Below, piece after piece: positions 14,301 through 27,849 of a stretch of DNA of 64,000 nt. The position numbers and the translations under genes are program-made. Position 1 is the stretch's first letter. Each line of letters opens with the position of its first letter. The notes beneath the pieces are model-generated. The model was not told where the DNA came from, did no database searches, and saw nothing but the letters and a program-made list of their open reading frames with translations. Location of the stretch: positions 1-64,000 of the forward strand of contig NW_026858315.1 of the NCBI RefSeq assembly GCF_026571515.1, read 5' to 3'. The DNA comes from Ruditapes philippinarum (Eukaryota).

Positions 14301-17300
14301 ATAGCACCTTTGTATGTGATAAGCGGGAAAAAGACAGTCATGTCTTCTTTTTTGAATGTCAAAAGTTTCCACCCAGGTTAATCATTTATGTATAGCGTTA
14401 TCCACTGACAAATGTCAAGTTTGTGTTTATGGGTAATTCACATACCGTACAAATGGTAAACGAAACGACAATGTTCTTATATCAATCAAGTTTACACATA
14501 AAGAGGTCATGCTGTCCAGTTTATGCTCCACTTGTTATAAATTGAAATTATTTAAATGGGCAAAATAGCGCTATAGGTATATACGTGGGTTGTTGGTAAA
14601 GTTTTGAGACTGTCAAAAAGTATTGAAAATAAATCAATGAAAAAGAGCTGTAAGGAGAGACCTTAATGAAAATAACTAACCGGAAATTGCATTCTTTAAA
14701 AGAAAATGGTTGTCAAGACAACTTGTGTAGCGGTTCATGGCGCACTGTCGTATATTTATTATCGATTACACCTATAAATGTAAATCAGTCGAAATGTTTG
14801 ACATAAAAGACGAAATAACGTCAATTAAGTATCATTCTCTTCTGTGTATTTTGGCATCATCTAACGGGGAACAAGTGTGTCACATGAAATAGAAGTAGAC
14901 ACACTCCTTTTAACAAGATGTCGGAAAAAGCAACCTCCAAAGTTGACGTCGGACAATAAGCAGACACTGTGTACGAGTCAGAATGATCCCTACAGATACA
15001 CATACTTATATAAGACGGGGTAAAACAAAACCGATATGTTCCAGGGCACTGGCTTTTGTGTGAGTGATCGTTATAGAGTAGAGATAGACATGAAGAAGTG
15101 AACAATTTTAAGCGGAGCAGCAGTCTTATCCATTGCAAATGAACGTGTCATTGCAAGATTACCAAAGGAGAACAGTGAAATAAATTGGAAACAAAAATCT
15201 GCTGAAATAGATAATTGTGCATATGAAAATGAAAAAAAAAAGAAAGAAAAAAGAAAAGAAACGTTTTGAAAGTAAGTGTCAAACTGGTTTTAGGGCTGTA
15301 ACATGCGCTTTTTAAAAATGTTTATAGAATGTGTCACTTTGCGGTATTTATATTTAAAATTTTTAGAAATACATGTAGTCTTTGTTAAATATGTGTAAAG
15401 TTGGTAGAAATGTTTAGATATATACCGTGAGCAGTTCGATATTTTTATTTAATAAAAAATGATGAAAATCCTTGGATTTACCCACAATCTAGTTTTTCCA
15501 TGTTAACACGTGGCCTTTCACAAAATTTTGGTAAAAAATTGATGTTTTGTGGCATTTTTATTTTTTAATTAACCCTTTACCGCATGCGCATATTGTGAAA
15601 AATGGCCGTTTTCGTTAAAAAGCCACCGTTTACAAGTTCAAACTTCTATGAAACTATGAAAAATACTTCAGTACTGATGAAACTTGGCACAAATGTTGAC
15701 TGGACTATAGCCTCTGTAACAGCATGCTCTGCTCAATCTTTAATTTACTGTTACCATGGCAACGGGTGGACGTCTCAAAATTGCCAAAAATCATTATTTT
15801 GCATTGTTTTTCCCATCAAAACTGATAAAACTGATTTCGAAGTGTTGCAACTTCTCAGTTGATTGAGATAGAGTAAAAGGCCTTTCAGCGTGGGTTACAT
15901 GTTACTTTACGATTGACCTGAGGCCATTTTTAGCCTATCACATGTCCAAAATTTTCTTGGCGATGAGGGGGGCTGTCGCCCTCTTCAAACCCCCGAAAGA
16001 GAAGGGGGCACATCCCCCTTCTGGCAACCCCCTGATGTACCTTTTTGATTGGGGCAATCCCTTTTTTATCACGAAAACATGTGTTTGGAGCCCAAACAGG
16101 ACATTTTGTTCACTATTTGAGGCCTAAAAGAGGGGGGGGGGGGTCGAAAGTGCGTTGTTTCGCGTATATATGAGATAAAGGGTTAAGCAGTCTCAAAACT
16201 TTACGGACAACCCTCGTAATTATTGTAATGTTGTTAAGCGGTGTGATGACGTTAATTGCATAACAGAATTTAATATCATATTGCATGTAGTCAGTATTTG
16301 ACATTAACATATTTTGATGCTGAATAACTTTGGGTCATTCTTAAAATATCTTTATTTCCCCTCCCAGTACCTATGCCGGTTTGGGATGGGTAGGTAGCAA
16401 CATTGTGAGTTTAATATTCCTTTGTATTTAAAATATTTTTATTTAAGAATAATGTATCTATTGAAATGACATAGCATTCAATGAAAGGGGATATGTCGAT
16501 GTATCTTCATTATTTTATCATCTGTTTTTAACCAAAGTTTCTAAGTTTTGTTTTATATAAATCCCAGTTTACATTTTTTACTACTACAAAAAGGACGAAT
16601 AATTATATTTGACAAAAAAAGTTTTGGTAGAGATGCGGGAGGGAAAACAAAATTTATTTTTGGCCGGCCCTGTATGTAAGGCATTATTTTATTCAGGGGC
16701 CGCGTTGTGTAGCAATAATTACATGGATTGAGCTTGAAGCTTATATCCAATCTTTTAGCTTACTTGATAAAAAAATCAAGAGTTATATGCATATGCTGGA
16801 CATTAGTAACCATATAAATGGAAAAGAAAAACTTTAAAAATCCAGAACAAAAATGCATACAGCTGAGATATTTTGAACGTGGCCTTTGGGTTAGCAATCT
16901 CCCCTTTTCGAGTTTTTTTTATACATTACTGATTTTATTCATAAATCACAAAGGCGTATACCAAAGCTTTAGATGACTGTAACAGAAAGAGTAAAATGAT
17001 CAGCACGGCCTTATGATGTACATATAGCCGTTCTCTGCCTGGATCTTTCTTAGATATGCAGATATTACAGTCTTTAAGACCTTGTAATTACTACATTCGC
17101 TCATTGTGTATTGTTAAACACACAGGTGGCAAGTAGAAGAGCATTCCAGGTTGCAGGGTTGATATTTTTAATATGTGGACTATGTGGAAAATTCGGCGCC
17201 TTGTTGACTATGCTACCTGATCCTGTACTAGGTGGTATTGTTCTCGTCAGTTTTGGAATGGTCACAGCTGTAGGACTGTCGAATCTTCAGTTTGTATCAT

Positions 17301-19596
17301 TACAGTCGAGTCGAAATTTGGTGATTATAGGATCCTCGTTGTTGATTGGCTTAATGGCTCCAAAATATATTATATCCAATCCAGGCTGTATAAAAACAGG
17401 TAACCCTTCAATTACATTATCGAAACATTCTTCCAATACTTATTGTCATGAAAGATATTCTGTGCTGTATCATCTAACTTTCTTCAAGATAAGATACGAT
17501 AAAATAAGATAAGTAAATTTTGTTATAGTGACATTGTGTTATGTACATACATAATGAGGAAATAACTGTTTTTTTTTGACAACACCCGGCTCTAAACAGT
17601 TACTAACAGATATCCTTGGAAAGTATTTCTTTTTCTATAAATCAATTTTTACGTCTTTGATTAACTAATACAAGGAGACTCGGAAGTAAGGAAGCTGCCT
17701 GGAAAGGTTTGTTAACAAAGCAATGTGCCAAACTTCATGACTTAGTTTTATAGTTTTGTTTACTTTTATAAGATACATTACAATAGACTTCCTTTGCGCT
17801 AAGCTGACCGCTAATTATTCATTAGAAACAATTACAGAGGAAGCAGTTATACTATGATTTAGAAACCTTCTGTTTTAGTGTAATAGCTTACTAGTGGATG
17901 ATGGTTTGTAATGCATTATAACAGTGGTACCAGAGGTGAACTGCCTTCACTATAGTATAGCTGCAATTCCGTTATTAATCATTCTACATAAACCTTTAAA
18001 GGTAGCGATTACAACAACAAACAAAAGATATACAATTGTCATCGAATGTTTTAAAACAATTTCATTGAGAGTAAACACCCGGTGATTATTGTATGCACAT
18101 AGTTTTAAGCATTTTTAAAAGCAAGTTTTGAGAATATTTCGTTCGATTTTTATTTCAGGAAATGACGAGATAGATCGTGTTTTAACAGTTTTATTGAGCA
18201 CTGCAATGTTTGTGGGTGGTTTTGTAGGATGTGTATTAGACAATACAGTTCCAGGTAATAAACTTAATGACTATATTGCCTATATAACGTTTTTCTCTGT
18301 ATTCATTCCTGTTAAAGTACAGAAAACTAGGCGATAATGATCCTTATTAACATTAAAAACAACAAATTTTAAGTATGATGAATTAATGTTTACAGGTATG
18401 AAATATAGTGTATCTATATCTGTATGAAAGTTCAATGGTAACTGTTGATTAAGTTGTTGTGTTTTTGTTTGTGTGGATTTTTACTGTCTTAAAAGCACAA
18501 AAAGAAGAAGAAAAAAATAGAAGAAAGTGTGTTTTTGACATGACGTTACTGGAAATTGTTAATTTTTCGGGATTTGTCGTCCATTTAATTTATTAATTAA
18601 TGAGGGTCTGGATCATTAATTGCAAAAATTCAGATCTTTCCTTAACTCTGTTTTTCTAGAATTATCCTTTTTTATTGATCAAAATGACCCAAAAATGACA
18701 ATTTAAATGATAATAGAATCGCTATAAATATCACTTCTGAATTCACTTCTGAGTATATTTCATTATTATTTGAGCCGCGTCACGACAAAACCAACATAAT
18801 GGGTTTGCGACCAGCATGGATCCAGGCCAGCCTGTACATCCGCGAAGTCTGATCAGGATTCATGCTGTTCGCTATCAATTTCACTACTTGTAATAGGGTT
18901 TGTAAGCGAAAAGCATGGATCCTGATCAGACTGCGCGGATGCGCAGGCTGGTCTGGATCCATGCTGGTCGCATACGCATTATGTTAGTTTTGTCATGACG
19001 CAGCTCATTTTTTTGCCTTTTTTCCGTTTTAAGTGCACCAGTTGCTCTAAGTAAGATTTTCAATTTTTATATTTTAAGGCTTCTTTACCTCAATAGAGCT
19101 TCTTTTAGAAGAATTTGATACATGTATTAAGTGCATTGAATTGTTTTTTTTTTGTCTATTAACCTGCTTATTTAAATCTGAATCTATTTTTAAACTTCTT
19201 ATAATACGTTTTCTATATTCTAGTCTTTGATTTGATCATCGAAAAGTTATAGAACTTCTTTGCAAACAAATTAAAAGTAATAAATTCAAATATTACTGCA
19301 CTGCTTCTTGACTTTTTTACATAAACTGTTCACATATAATATCAAGACATTTTTTATAATAATTGAAAGGTTCTGATGAAGAAAGGGGTATAAAATCATG
19401 GCGTAAGACATACACGGCAGATGTACCAACTGGTTCTGATTCCGAGGAGGACAACACTTATGATCTACCATTCATTATGAAGTGTCTAAAACGCCAGAGA
19501 TGGGCAGCATATATTCCATTCCTTCCTACATTCCAGTTCAGTATTGGAAAATATTTCAAAGGACTGTGTTCAAAATGTAAAGGCAAATCGTCATGA
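5009..19596 (+). CDS. SLC23A: SLC23/NAT family nucleobase-ascorbate transporter (~655 aa with exon 1a, ~650 aa with exon 1b)
   Basis: Phase-consistent GT-AG exons: 1a 5009-5305 or 1b 7756-8037, then 9235-9392, 9711-9912, 11401-11582, 12996-13116, 13470-13626, 13772-14025, 17126-17399, 18159-18254, 19370-19596. Motifs: [76 protein letters not shown] signature [26 protein letters not shown]. Confidence 0.95.
7756..8037 (+). CDS. SLC23 alternative first coding exon 1b
   Basis: METKDL...acidic tail...[21 protein letters not shown]|gtaatt; phase 0, compatible with exon 9235. Confidence 0.85.
10900..11100 (+). mobile_element. Degenerate tRNA-derived SINE
   Basis: A-box-like GTGGCCTAGTGGTTAA, B-box-like GTTTGAGCCC, (AAACT)n tail; boundaries approximate. 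Confidence 0.5.
12039..12712. mobile_element. PIF/Harbinger-like MITE in SLC23 intron
   Basis: TAA|AACCCCTGTCACACTAG ... CTAGTGTGACAGGGCCT|TAA; 3-bp TAA target duplication; GC-rich interior with many CGCCGT repeats. Confidence 0.8.
14073..14312. mobile_element. MITE with 8-bp target duplication (P- or hAT-like)
   Basis: CAAAGGTGCTAGTCGCATTGATTT ... AAATCAATGCGACTATAGCACCTTTG, flanked by CATGTGAT / TATGTGAT. Confidence 0.7.
14584..16216. mobile_element. Non-autonomous mariner-like element related to 682-1694, carrying a nested insertion
   Basis: TA|CGTGGGTTGTTGGTAAAGTTTTGAGACTG left and CAGTCTCAAAACTTTACGGACAACCCTCG|TA right. Confidence 0.75.
15573..16182. mobile_element. piggyBac-like MITE nested in the mariner-like element
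   Basis: TTAA|CCCTTTACCGCAT ... ATGAGATAAAGGG|TTAA; TTAA duplication and CCC/GGG termini. Confidence 0.7.
18772..19006. mobile_element. Palindromic Sola-like MITE, copy 2
   Basis: Same ~235-bp palindromic family; ATTT on both flanks. Confidence 0.9.
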
Positions 19597-20649
19597 TCAA
19601 GTTGTATTTTTTACATATCCATGTGTGTGAGTGTTTGATATGTTTTGAAAATCATAATTTCACACTTTTTGAAGGGAGTGTTGTTCAAATGTAAATAGTA
19701 TTCATCATAAAAATATTTTTGTTTTATATGCATATCATTTTACAGCATAATAGTTCACGGTTGACTGAAGCGAAGATTATGCTTATTTTGCATCGGACAT
19801 TGATAGATATACAATATAGTTAACAAGTACAGTTTATCATTTAATTAAGCAAATCATCCCCCCATTCTTCCATATTATTTACACGACTTGCACATCATGA
19901 ATTGAAACAACCAGATTACTTCACACCTTATAAACTGTATCATTGAACTACCAGCGTTTGCACCATGCGTTTACCGAATATAAATCATTATTGAATCCCA
20001 GTTTTACCAATTAAGCTAGTCTAAACAAATTATATCAAATAACTGTTGTACTCAATCTACCATTGTTTTCATTTTTCAAGTCCAAAGCATCCATATCAAG
20101 TCACTGTAGTACCTCATCAAGCCTCTTTCCTTTATTCCTTTTCAATGTCAAACATTCCTTTCAAACCATTATTGTATAAGAATTATACAAATTTGACAAA
20201 TTTAAAATAGACCTTTAAAATGATATACTGAAACTCTCCGATGTCCTTATATCAAGTATCATTATAATTGTTCGTTGTAATGAAACATTTAAGAGTTTTT
20301 ACCCTTGTTCTGGTATGCAATGGTCATACATGTATATTATACACTGTGTTATTTTATAGTATAGAATTGTTTTGATATATTCGCTTTAGCAAGATTTGTT
20401 TTATGTTTTTGTAAATGTAGACATATTATGCCAATATTTTTATATAGAACTACAACATCATCAGTGTCGGTAGTGCTAATGAAGATAATAATTAAAGATT
20501 TATAACGAATGATTCTTTTGTTGTTGAATTTTCCATATATCATTTATCATATAATTATGTAGTGCATTTATTAGTACACACGGCAGTATTGGATGTATGT
20601 TATAGTAATCATGATAATCATATAAGAAAGTACACACAGATAATGTAAA

Positions 20650-20905
20650 TCTACCGATAATGTAAACAATCAGTAGGTATTCACCGACAATGTAAGCATA
20701 TATTAAATGTAACAATCAGGTGCGCATGCGCCGATAATGTCAACCTATGCTAGATGATACAATTAGAAAGGCATACGCCGATAATGTAAATCTATGTTAT
20801 CACAAAGAGACTGCGGTGATAATGTAATCACATATATAGTGGCATGCGCCGATAATCTTAACATACATTAATTTTACGAGCAAGAGGCATGCGCCGATAA
20901 TTTAT
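20650..20905. repeat. Degenerate repeats of (GCATG)CGCCGATAATGTAA
   Basis: Motif recurs about 7 times at irregular 30-60 bp spacing upstream of the 21080 gene. Confidence 0.55.
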
Positions 20906-21079
20906 TGAGTCTTGTATTCGGGGCGACAGCTCATTTAATTGGTTTGATACTAAAACACCTAAATATAATACCTAAATATAAGAATGTGAAGGTCGAACTT
21001 GAAAGCAAGATACGTCCATTATACGAATTTAGCGGGGCAATGATAAGAACCTTATAACCTAATTTTGTGATGAATAATT

Positions 21080-23530
21080 ATGAATATAATTAGATTGTAC
21101 GCTATGTTTATTTTGCTATTTATTACGTTAACACTACATGTTATATGCTCTATATCAGGTGAGTTGACACTATGAACTATATCTAAATAGTGATGATCAT
21201 GTACATGCTCTATTTGTAATTGATTTGAATGTGCTGTATTTTAGAAACTTTAGTTTACAACAATCAATGCTATTGTACATTTCGTGTCATATGCTGTTAC
21301 AAATAAGAACAAAGATATCAGAAGAAATGTTACTGAAGCGAAACTTGATTATGTGATTGTCTCTCCCAGAGAGCTGGCACGACTATTACAATTTTACAGT
21401 ATATATGTGTTCACTCTATGCATATGTGCGTATATTCCAACACTCTTGTATACATGCAAACGTAGGTGACAGAGGGCCGGTGTGTTATAGCTGTCAGTCT
21501 GTAAGTGACATTTCATCATGCTCTACCGTGGACAAGTGTAACAAACAACAGGTGTGTTAGCTCTTATCTGGATTTCTTATCATCTAATGAAATCTTACTA
21601 AATAACCTTTCCTGTACTATTTAATTAAACGGATCATAGTTTTAAAGTAGTGGAAATCATAGATTTTTGGCCATATTAACTGTAATGCGCCTCTTTACGT
21701 CCTGTTTAAGCGGAGTCACGCGTTGTCATCTGTTAACAACATTAGATGTACAAATTTTAGAACTTTAGTCACAAATACATATAGGTGACTTGTCTACATC
21801 GTCTCTATCTGTCTAGTAATCTTGTATTTAATGGGACTAAAAACCTTATAAACCTTGAATTTTCCTGGACCAAACTAACAATATGGTTTCTTGCTCAATA
21901 AAAATTTTGGACACTCCCTTGTATGGTTTTAATCCGGAATTGGAACAATCCTTATATCTAGTATGACGCTAAACTGCAATGTAATGTTCAATCGGTCCCT
22001 TCTGTTGATTTTTATCACTTTCATATAGTTTGTGGGAAACCTAACTTTTTTCATGCAACCGGATGATGTAAAGTTTCTTGCAATGCAAGGCTAGCCTTAG
22101 ATGGGGTTGAATCAATAGGCAGCAATCTTATCATACTAATAGACCTTAATGCATTCATCCCCATTGATTTTATCACTAATTCAATGTTTGGGGGTAAACC
22201 TATACTTTGTTTCATTGCAAGGAATGTCAGTTCCTTCAAGTCAGCAGTAGATAGATAAAAAAGTATTGCTAATCTAATCATAATAATCTAATCATCAACT
22301 ATGATTTTATCAAATATATTTCAGGTTTGCTCCATAGAAACTGATTTGCTAAATGCAGGAAAACTTAATCTTGGATGCAAGGATACAAATGTTCGATTTT
22401 ATTTAAATTCTATATTTATCTATATTTTTAAACTTAAGTGAAGAATTGTTTTAAAACAACATTAAAATATATGATAAAAACAAACTAGTTTTGCTTTGCC
22501 ATAGTCACATGTCTGCAATATGTATAAATGTAAACTTTAATTGGTGGAAAGTAATCAAATATTTACTTAAAATCTAACAGCACAAGTACGGTTAAGAACA
22601 TAATACTTTTTTCCAACATGCATAACCGGCGATGTACTATATATATTATCAATTTTGTAGCACACCGATTTTGTACCTAATCTCTACAAATGTAAGTTAA
22701 GAAATTTAATTTTGAGCAAATAAATGTTTATACGTTTTTTTAAAAGAATTGCAGTAATTACAGAACCGACTTTACCTGTAGTTCTTGTTGCCATGGAGAT
22801 CTCTGCAACAATAAAGGATGTGATATCAAAGGTAATGTTCCTGACGCATAACTGAGGGGTAGATGTAAATGACAAATCACATGAACATTTAGAAAAAAGA
22901 ATAAGTATTAAAAATGCATTATTCTTTTCAAAATCTTCCTTTATTTTTTGGCGCCCTGTTACAATTTCCAAAAAAGTTACACATTGGCTGTATGCCTGAT
23001 ACATCTTTTGAATCGTTTGCGTTTTGACAATAAGTTCACTTATAGTGATTTAGTATTTTGTATGGAAGTTAAAACATTTTGCTACCTTTATCATAAATTA
23101 TTCTATTCCATTTATCTTCAAATTTAAGATATTATACTATCATCGGCAGTGTTTAGAGAATTAATCTATCTTAAAAATTACATTGCATATATAAATACAA
23201 TATCACCAAACGGACGGAACTAATTATTGTTATTGTTACGATAAAAATAAACATTCAATCCCATTTATTATTAGATGCTTGATAAGTAAACGTTTTTTCT
23301 CTTTCTCCTGAAGTTATAGAGAATATAACATTATTATTTTCTTTAGAAATGCCGCCTCAACAAGGGCCGATCTGCTACACATGTCACGACCAGTATACAG
23401 CTAATGAATGTTCACAAGTTACCCATTGCGCAGCTGATGAGGCAAGTACTGTGATTAGTCTTATCACCCATCTAACAACACTTTTAAGGTTTCACAATTA
23501 TATCAACACACGTTATACAAGAAGTAGAAG

Positions 23531-23562
<32 letters not shown>

Positions 23563-26500
23563 GCAACATTTATTTACCGGTCTAATAAAAGTTAAAACTC
23601 TCAATGAAATGAACACACGAAATAAATACGGAATTAACAAATTGCTTTAAATAATAATCTTGTTGCTTTAAGTTAAGTTGTAAAATGACAAAAAATAGAA
23701 ATATGTTTCTATGTTATACAGATATATGATATTTTACATATTTACAGTGATCAAATTTGCTTTATTATTGGTAATTAAGAATTTGAATATTGATGATTGA
23801 CAGGCATGTATGTTAGCAAGGGTTTTAACAGGAGACAGTGTCATGTTTAATGGATATTGCGTCAACAAATTTGTAAGTACCATATCATGAACCTAAACTA
23901 GTTCAACCATGATCATCAATACTTTGATTTTATACTACCCATGGTTTTCCATGCTTTGATAAAGTACAACCCATAATCATCCATGCCTAGAGTGACATTA
24001 TGCCCATCCGAGCGTTTATAATGAGTGAACAAATAAAAATCAAACTAAGTTTTCATTTTGCAAAGTTTCCTTCTTATTTTATAATTTACTTTGCATGAAC
24101 GATAAACAAATCACGTAGCTCAAGATTTTTTTTTTATAAATATCCATCGGAATTTTCATGCTACGTCCAATTTATAAAAAGAGTGGACAGTATTTTTATA
24201 TTTTAGGCAGATTTTGATTTTCTAATATCAAACGATGGTCAATCGCCGTTACAACAACAATCCTTTAAGAAATAATATTTATATTATAGTGAATTCAGCT
24301 CAAATTGACAATGAAAAAATGAGTATCTGTTCACTCATTATAAACTCTCGGATGAGTATAATGTCACTTAAATTATACAAATTAACTGATACCAATAGAT
24401 TTTTTATACAATAAATTGTTTATAACGATGAGGCTTAAACTTTAGGCACACAATTCAACAAGGATCTATTTTAAGCTATTGAGATTTGGTGTCGTGACAC
24501 CCCTGATACTGGATACAGGGATAAATAAGAAATCATAATTGATAATTGTTAAAAATATAACTTAAATGTTAGCATTAAAAATAACAATCTTTACGGTGAT
24601 AAAATATACTTGTAATCTAAGACAACAAATATCTATAGGTCTGCCCCTCAGATGAAATGATTGCCGTTGGTAAAAGAGAACTGGAGACGTACAGAAAGAG
24701 ACAAGATTTTACGCTTGACTGCATGAAGTGTTGCTATGACAACCTTTGTAATGATATAGATTGTAATAGTGTTGGAAATACGAACGCACCAGTTATAGAC
24801 AAGCTTACCAGCACAGCACAAACGAGAACTGTCCCAACGACAATGGTATTATCAAGTAAATATACCGAATCATGTTAGTTATTCGGATGTTTGTTGACTT
24901 GTTGAAATATTCTTAAACGTTGACATTTTACTTGTCCGTTTACTAAATGGAACTAAATATATAACTTATCTTATACCATTTAAACGACACACATGTGGTC
25001 ATTTGACTTAATTAATGTATTGTATGTGATGATCGGCATTGAAAAAGACATTTAAGACTAACAATTGTTTACATTTAGTGATTTGTTTCGCCTATTTAAG
25101 GTACAGTGAGTCAAAAGTATGTTTGTGGAAGTTATATCATATTGTCATACCTATTAGAATAATTTTAAAAAAACTTGTAATTTCTACTTTTTTCATTATA
25201 TTTGACTATATAATTTGATGTTTGCCTATATGTGTTTTATATGGTGATTAAACAATTATCAAAGTACGGCACACACGTTCACGCAAACGACTTCATACGC
25301 CACATGGAAAATTGTACTTAACAAAATCATGCTATTTTAATTGAAGCATTGCCCCGACCAGTGGATGGACAGTTTGGAAGTTGGTCCAGCTGGACTCCAT
25401 GTCCGTATAGTTGTGGAAAAGACGGCATCCAACATAGATTTCGTCATTGTGACAACCCAACGCCACAGAACGGAGGAAATAATTGCATTGGACCTAGAAT
25501 TGACACACAATTTTGTCACAATAACCCTTGTTGTACAGGTGGGTTCTCTGTTGAAGGCATAAAGTAGACCAATATATCTGTATCTCCGGGGTGATTTATA
25601 TTTAATCATTTAGTATACTTAATTGCAATACATGTACAAAGATTATATATTGGGTACGCCTATACTAAATTGTTTATAAATTGTAACGTTTTAATGTTTA
25701 TTTTTTTCATACTTAGAACTAACATTCTCAGCTCAAATGTTAGAAAAATAATGTTCGTGAAGTTGGCAGCCTAAACAAAAACGGTCGGAAATGCATAAGT
25801 AGCACTTCCTTAGATCATTTCATGCCTCTTATCAATAACACTGTCTCAGTTATAGTTATACACGTTGGCTCTGTTGTTTGTTTCACCGCACCTTTACGTT
25901 GAACCAGTCGAGATATTGTTAATCCGTGTTGTTCATGACCGTCAACACCTTCTTGTAAGTAAGAGTTCGTTATTCTGTCATAAGGGCGAAATAATTACAC
26001 CCCTTTTTACTTTGATTCAATATCTGCCAATTCTCGAGCACGTTCCCCTTCCGAAGCATCCAAAAGATAAACTGTTATTTAAACATATTTCCAGGACCAC
26101 CAGTCATAACTTATATTGACAAAGATACGTTTGCGCATGCTGGCGACTTTGTGACTATTCATTGCAATGCAACCCACGCGGATAGCATACTTTGGGAAGG
26201 CCCGAAGGTTTGATATTATTTCTATATCACGATTTACTTTCTGGTTAACAAAACAAAAACGGAAGCGTTCTTCACAAGGAATAATTTATTTTATTGACAC
26301 AAATGTGTGTAAAAAAGGGTGCATATTCCACATAGTAATGCCTACTCAAATACAAGATTGTAACAATTTATTAAGGAGTAAAAGAGTTGCAATTAATACA
26401 TTCATGTAACATATAACAACATACAGGTTAAGATCATATATATTTTTTGAAGAACAAAATAAGCACATCTATATGTAATAAAGTATTGAACTTAAATCAC

Positions 26501-27029
26501 ATACACATCCACCTGTGGTGATATTTATATTTAGAGTATGGCGGCTGATTTGTGTCATGTCGTATTTTTGCTTCGAGTGGCGCTAGAGAAAAATATGAAA
26601 ATACGACAGTCACTACTTCGTGGTACTTTCGCTCCGCGGGACACTAGGCAAAAAACACGAAAATACGACCTTGAAACTTGTTCAAGCAAGCAAATTTTGC
26701 TGACAAATTAAAACTGTAATTTTACACGTTTCAAGAGGTATTATAAGTTTAAGTTTTTAACCCTAGTAGGAAGACCTTAAAAAGATTAATACAAGTTTAT
26801 TTCATGCAAGAATTTTTAATAGAAATAAAATTAACCCTGCTTACATTTATATTTGTGCGTATAATTGTAGATAGTTGGGCATCAGTTTCCTGACAACGTG
26901 GAGGTTATATCTGGTGCAAACCTGCTCGTCTTCAGTGGTATTGCCCATGATAATACTGGCATTTACAGATGTGTGGCTCAAAATTCCTGTGGTGTAACAT
27001 CCAGATACGTTAAAGTTGATCTGATTTAG
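21080..27029 (+). CDS. Secreted mosaic protein, 386 aa: signal peptide, 2x Ly6/uPAR (three-finger)-like, Thr-rich linker, TSP1, Ig (I-set-like)
   Basis: Exons 21080-21158 (MNIIRLYAMFILLFITLTLHVICSIS), 21466-21551 (GPVCYSC), 22325-22390, 22747-22831 (CCHGDLCN), 23347-23441 (GPICYTC; GC donor), 23804-23872, 24639-24855 (CCYDNLCN), 25347-25538 (WSSWTPCPYSCG..RFRHCDNPTPQNGG..C), 26095-26207 (VTIHCNA..ILW), 26871-27029 (DNTGIYRCVAQN, TAG). All phases join; AATAAA at ~27075. Confidence 0.85.
23521..23560. repeat. (GAA)n microsatellite
   Basis: Direct reading; source of the poly-Arg in ORF 23349-23585. Confidence 0.95.
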
Positions 27030-27849
27030 TAGTGTAAATGAATACATTTTGTTGTGAAATGCAATTGTAGTTTCAATAAAATTTCTTGAGAAAAGCAAAA
27101 TAATTATCTTTTTATTTTATTATTATTATCGATTATTTGACATGTTTATTTTTGTGTTAACCATTACAGGTGTGTTCAAGTTTATGAAGAAACACTTTAC
27201 CTTTTAGGAACCCATTATTTGTTTATATAGTTGTCTCTTGGTCGACCCTATTTTCATAAACCAGATAATGACGAATTTGGCAATTATTTCAGCATTCCTT
27301 CCATCCATTTCAGAATTCCTGACATATTTTACTTTGTTGTCGTTTTGTATATTGATAAATCAAGACCGTTTTCTATGAGGTAACTGAGGACTTAAACAAA
27401 CATTGGCATTCAATAAATAACAAAAACAAGAAGTATCTTTAAAAAAAAGATACTCGGCCGAACTAAAACTGGTTTATTTGCATATCGTATCTTAAGAAAC
27501 ATGGAAATAGAATCATAAGGACTGTGGTATTAAGCTTACTATTGACTTTAACGTTTAAATGTTAGAAATATTAAAATCATATGCATATGTTGACACAAAC
27601 AAAGTATTTTAAATAGAAAAAAAATGTTAAGTCTGAAGTTAATCCTTTAAAAATAAAGAAGTAAATAAAAACTACAAAAAAAAAACAAAAAAAAACAATT
27701 TATTTCGTACTCATTTTTGTCCGTCTCAGTTCATTTTTACCGTCTTGTATTCTGTTAAAGTAAATGTCGTTTAAGCTGAAATAAAAACACGTAAATAATT
27801 AAAATTTATTCTAATCGAACTTGTAAAAGAAAGTTTATTTATTACATGC

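Noticed and set aside
18780-18962. [20 protein letters not shown] (and similar at 48731)
   Set aside because: Translation of the palindromic MITE.
25347-27029. Fragment of hemicentin or another giant TSP1/Ig gene
   Set aside because: Only one TSP1 and one Ig, followed by a stop and AATAAA, and joined in frame to upstream Ly6-like and signal-peptide exons.
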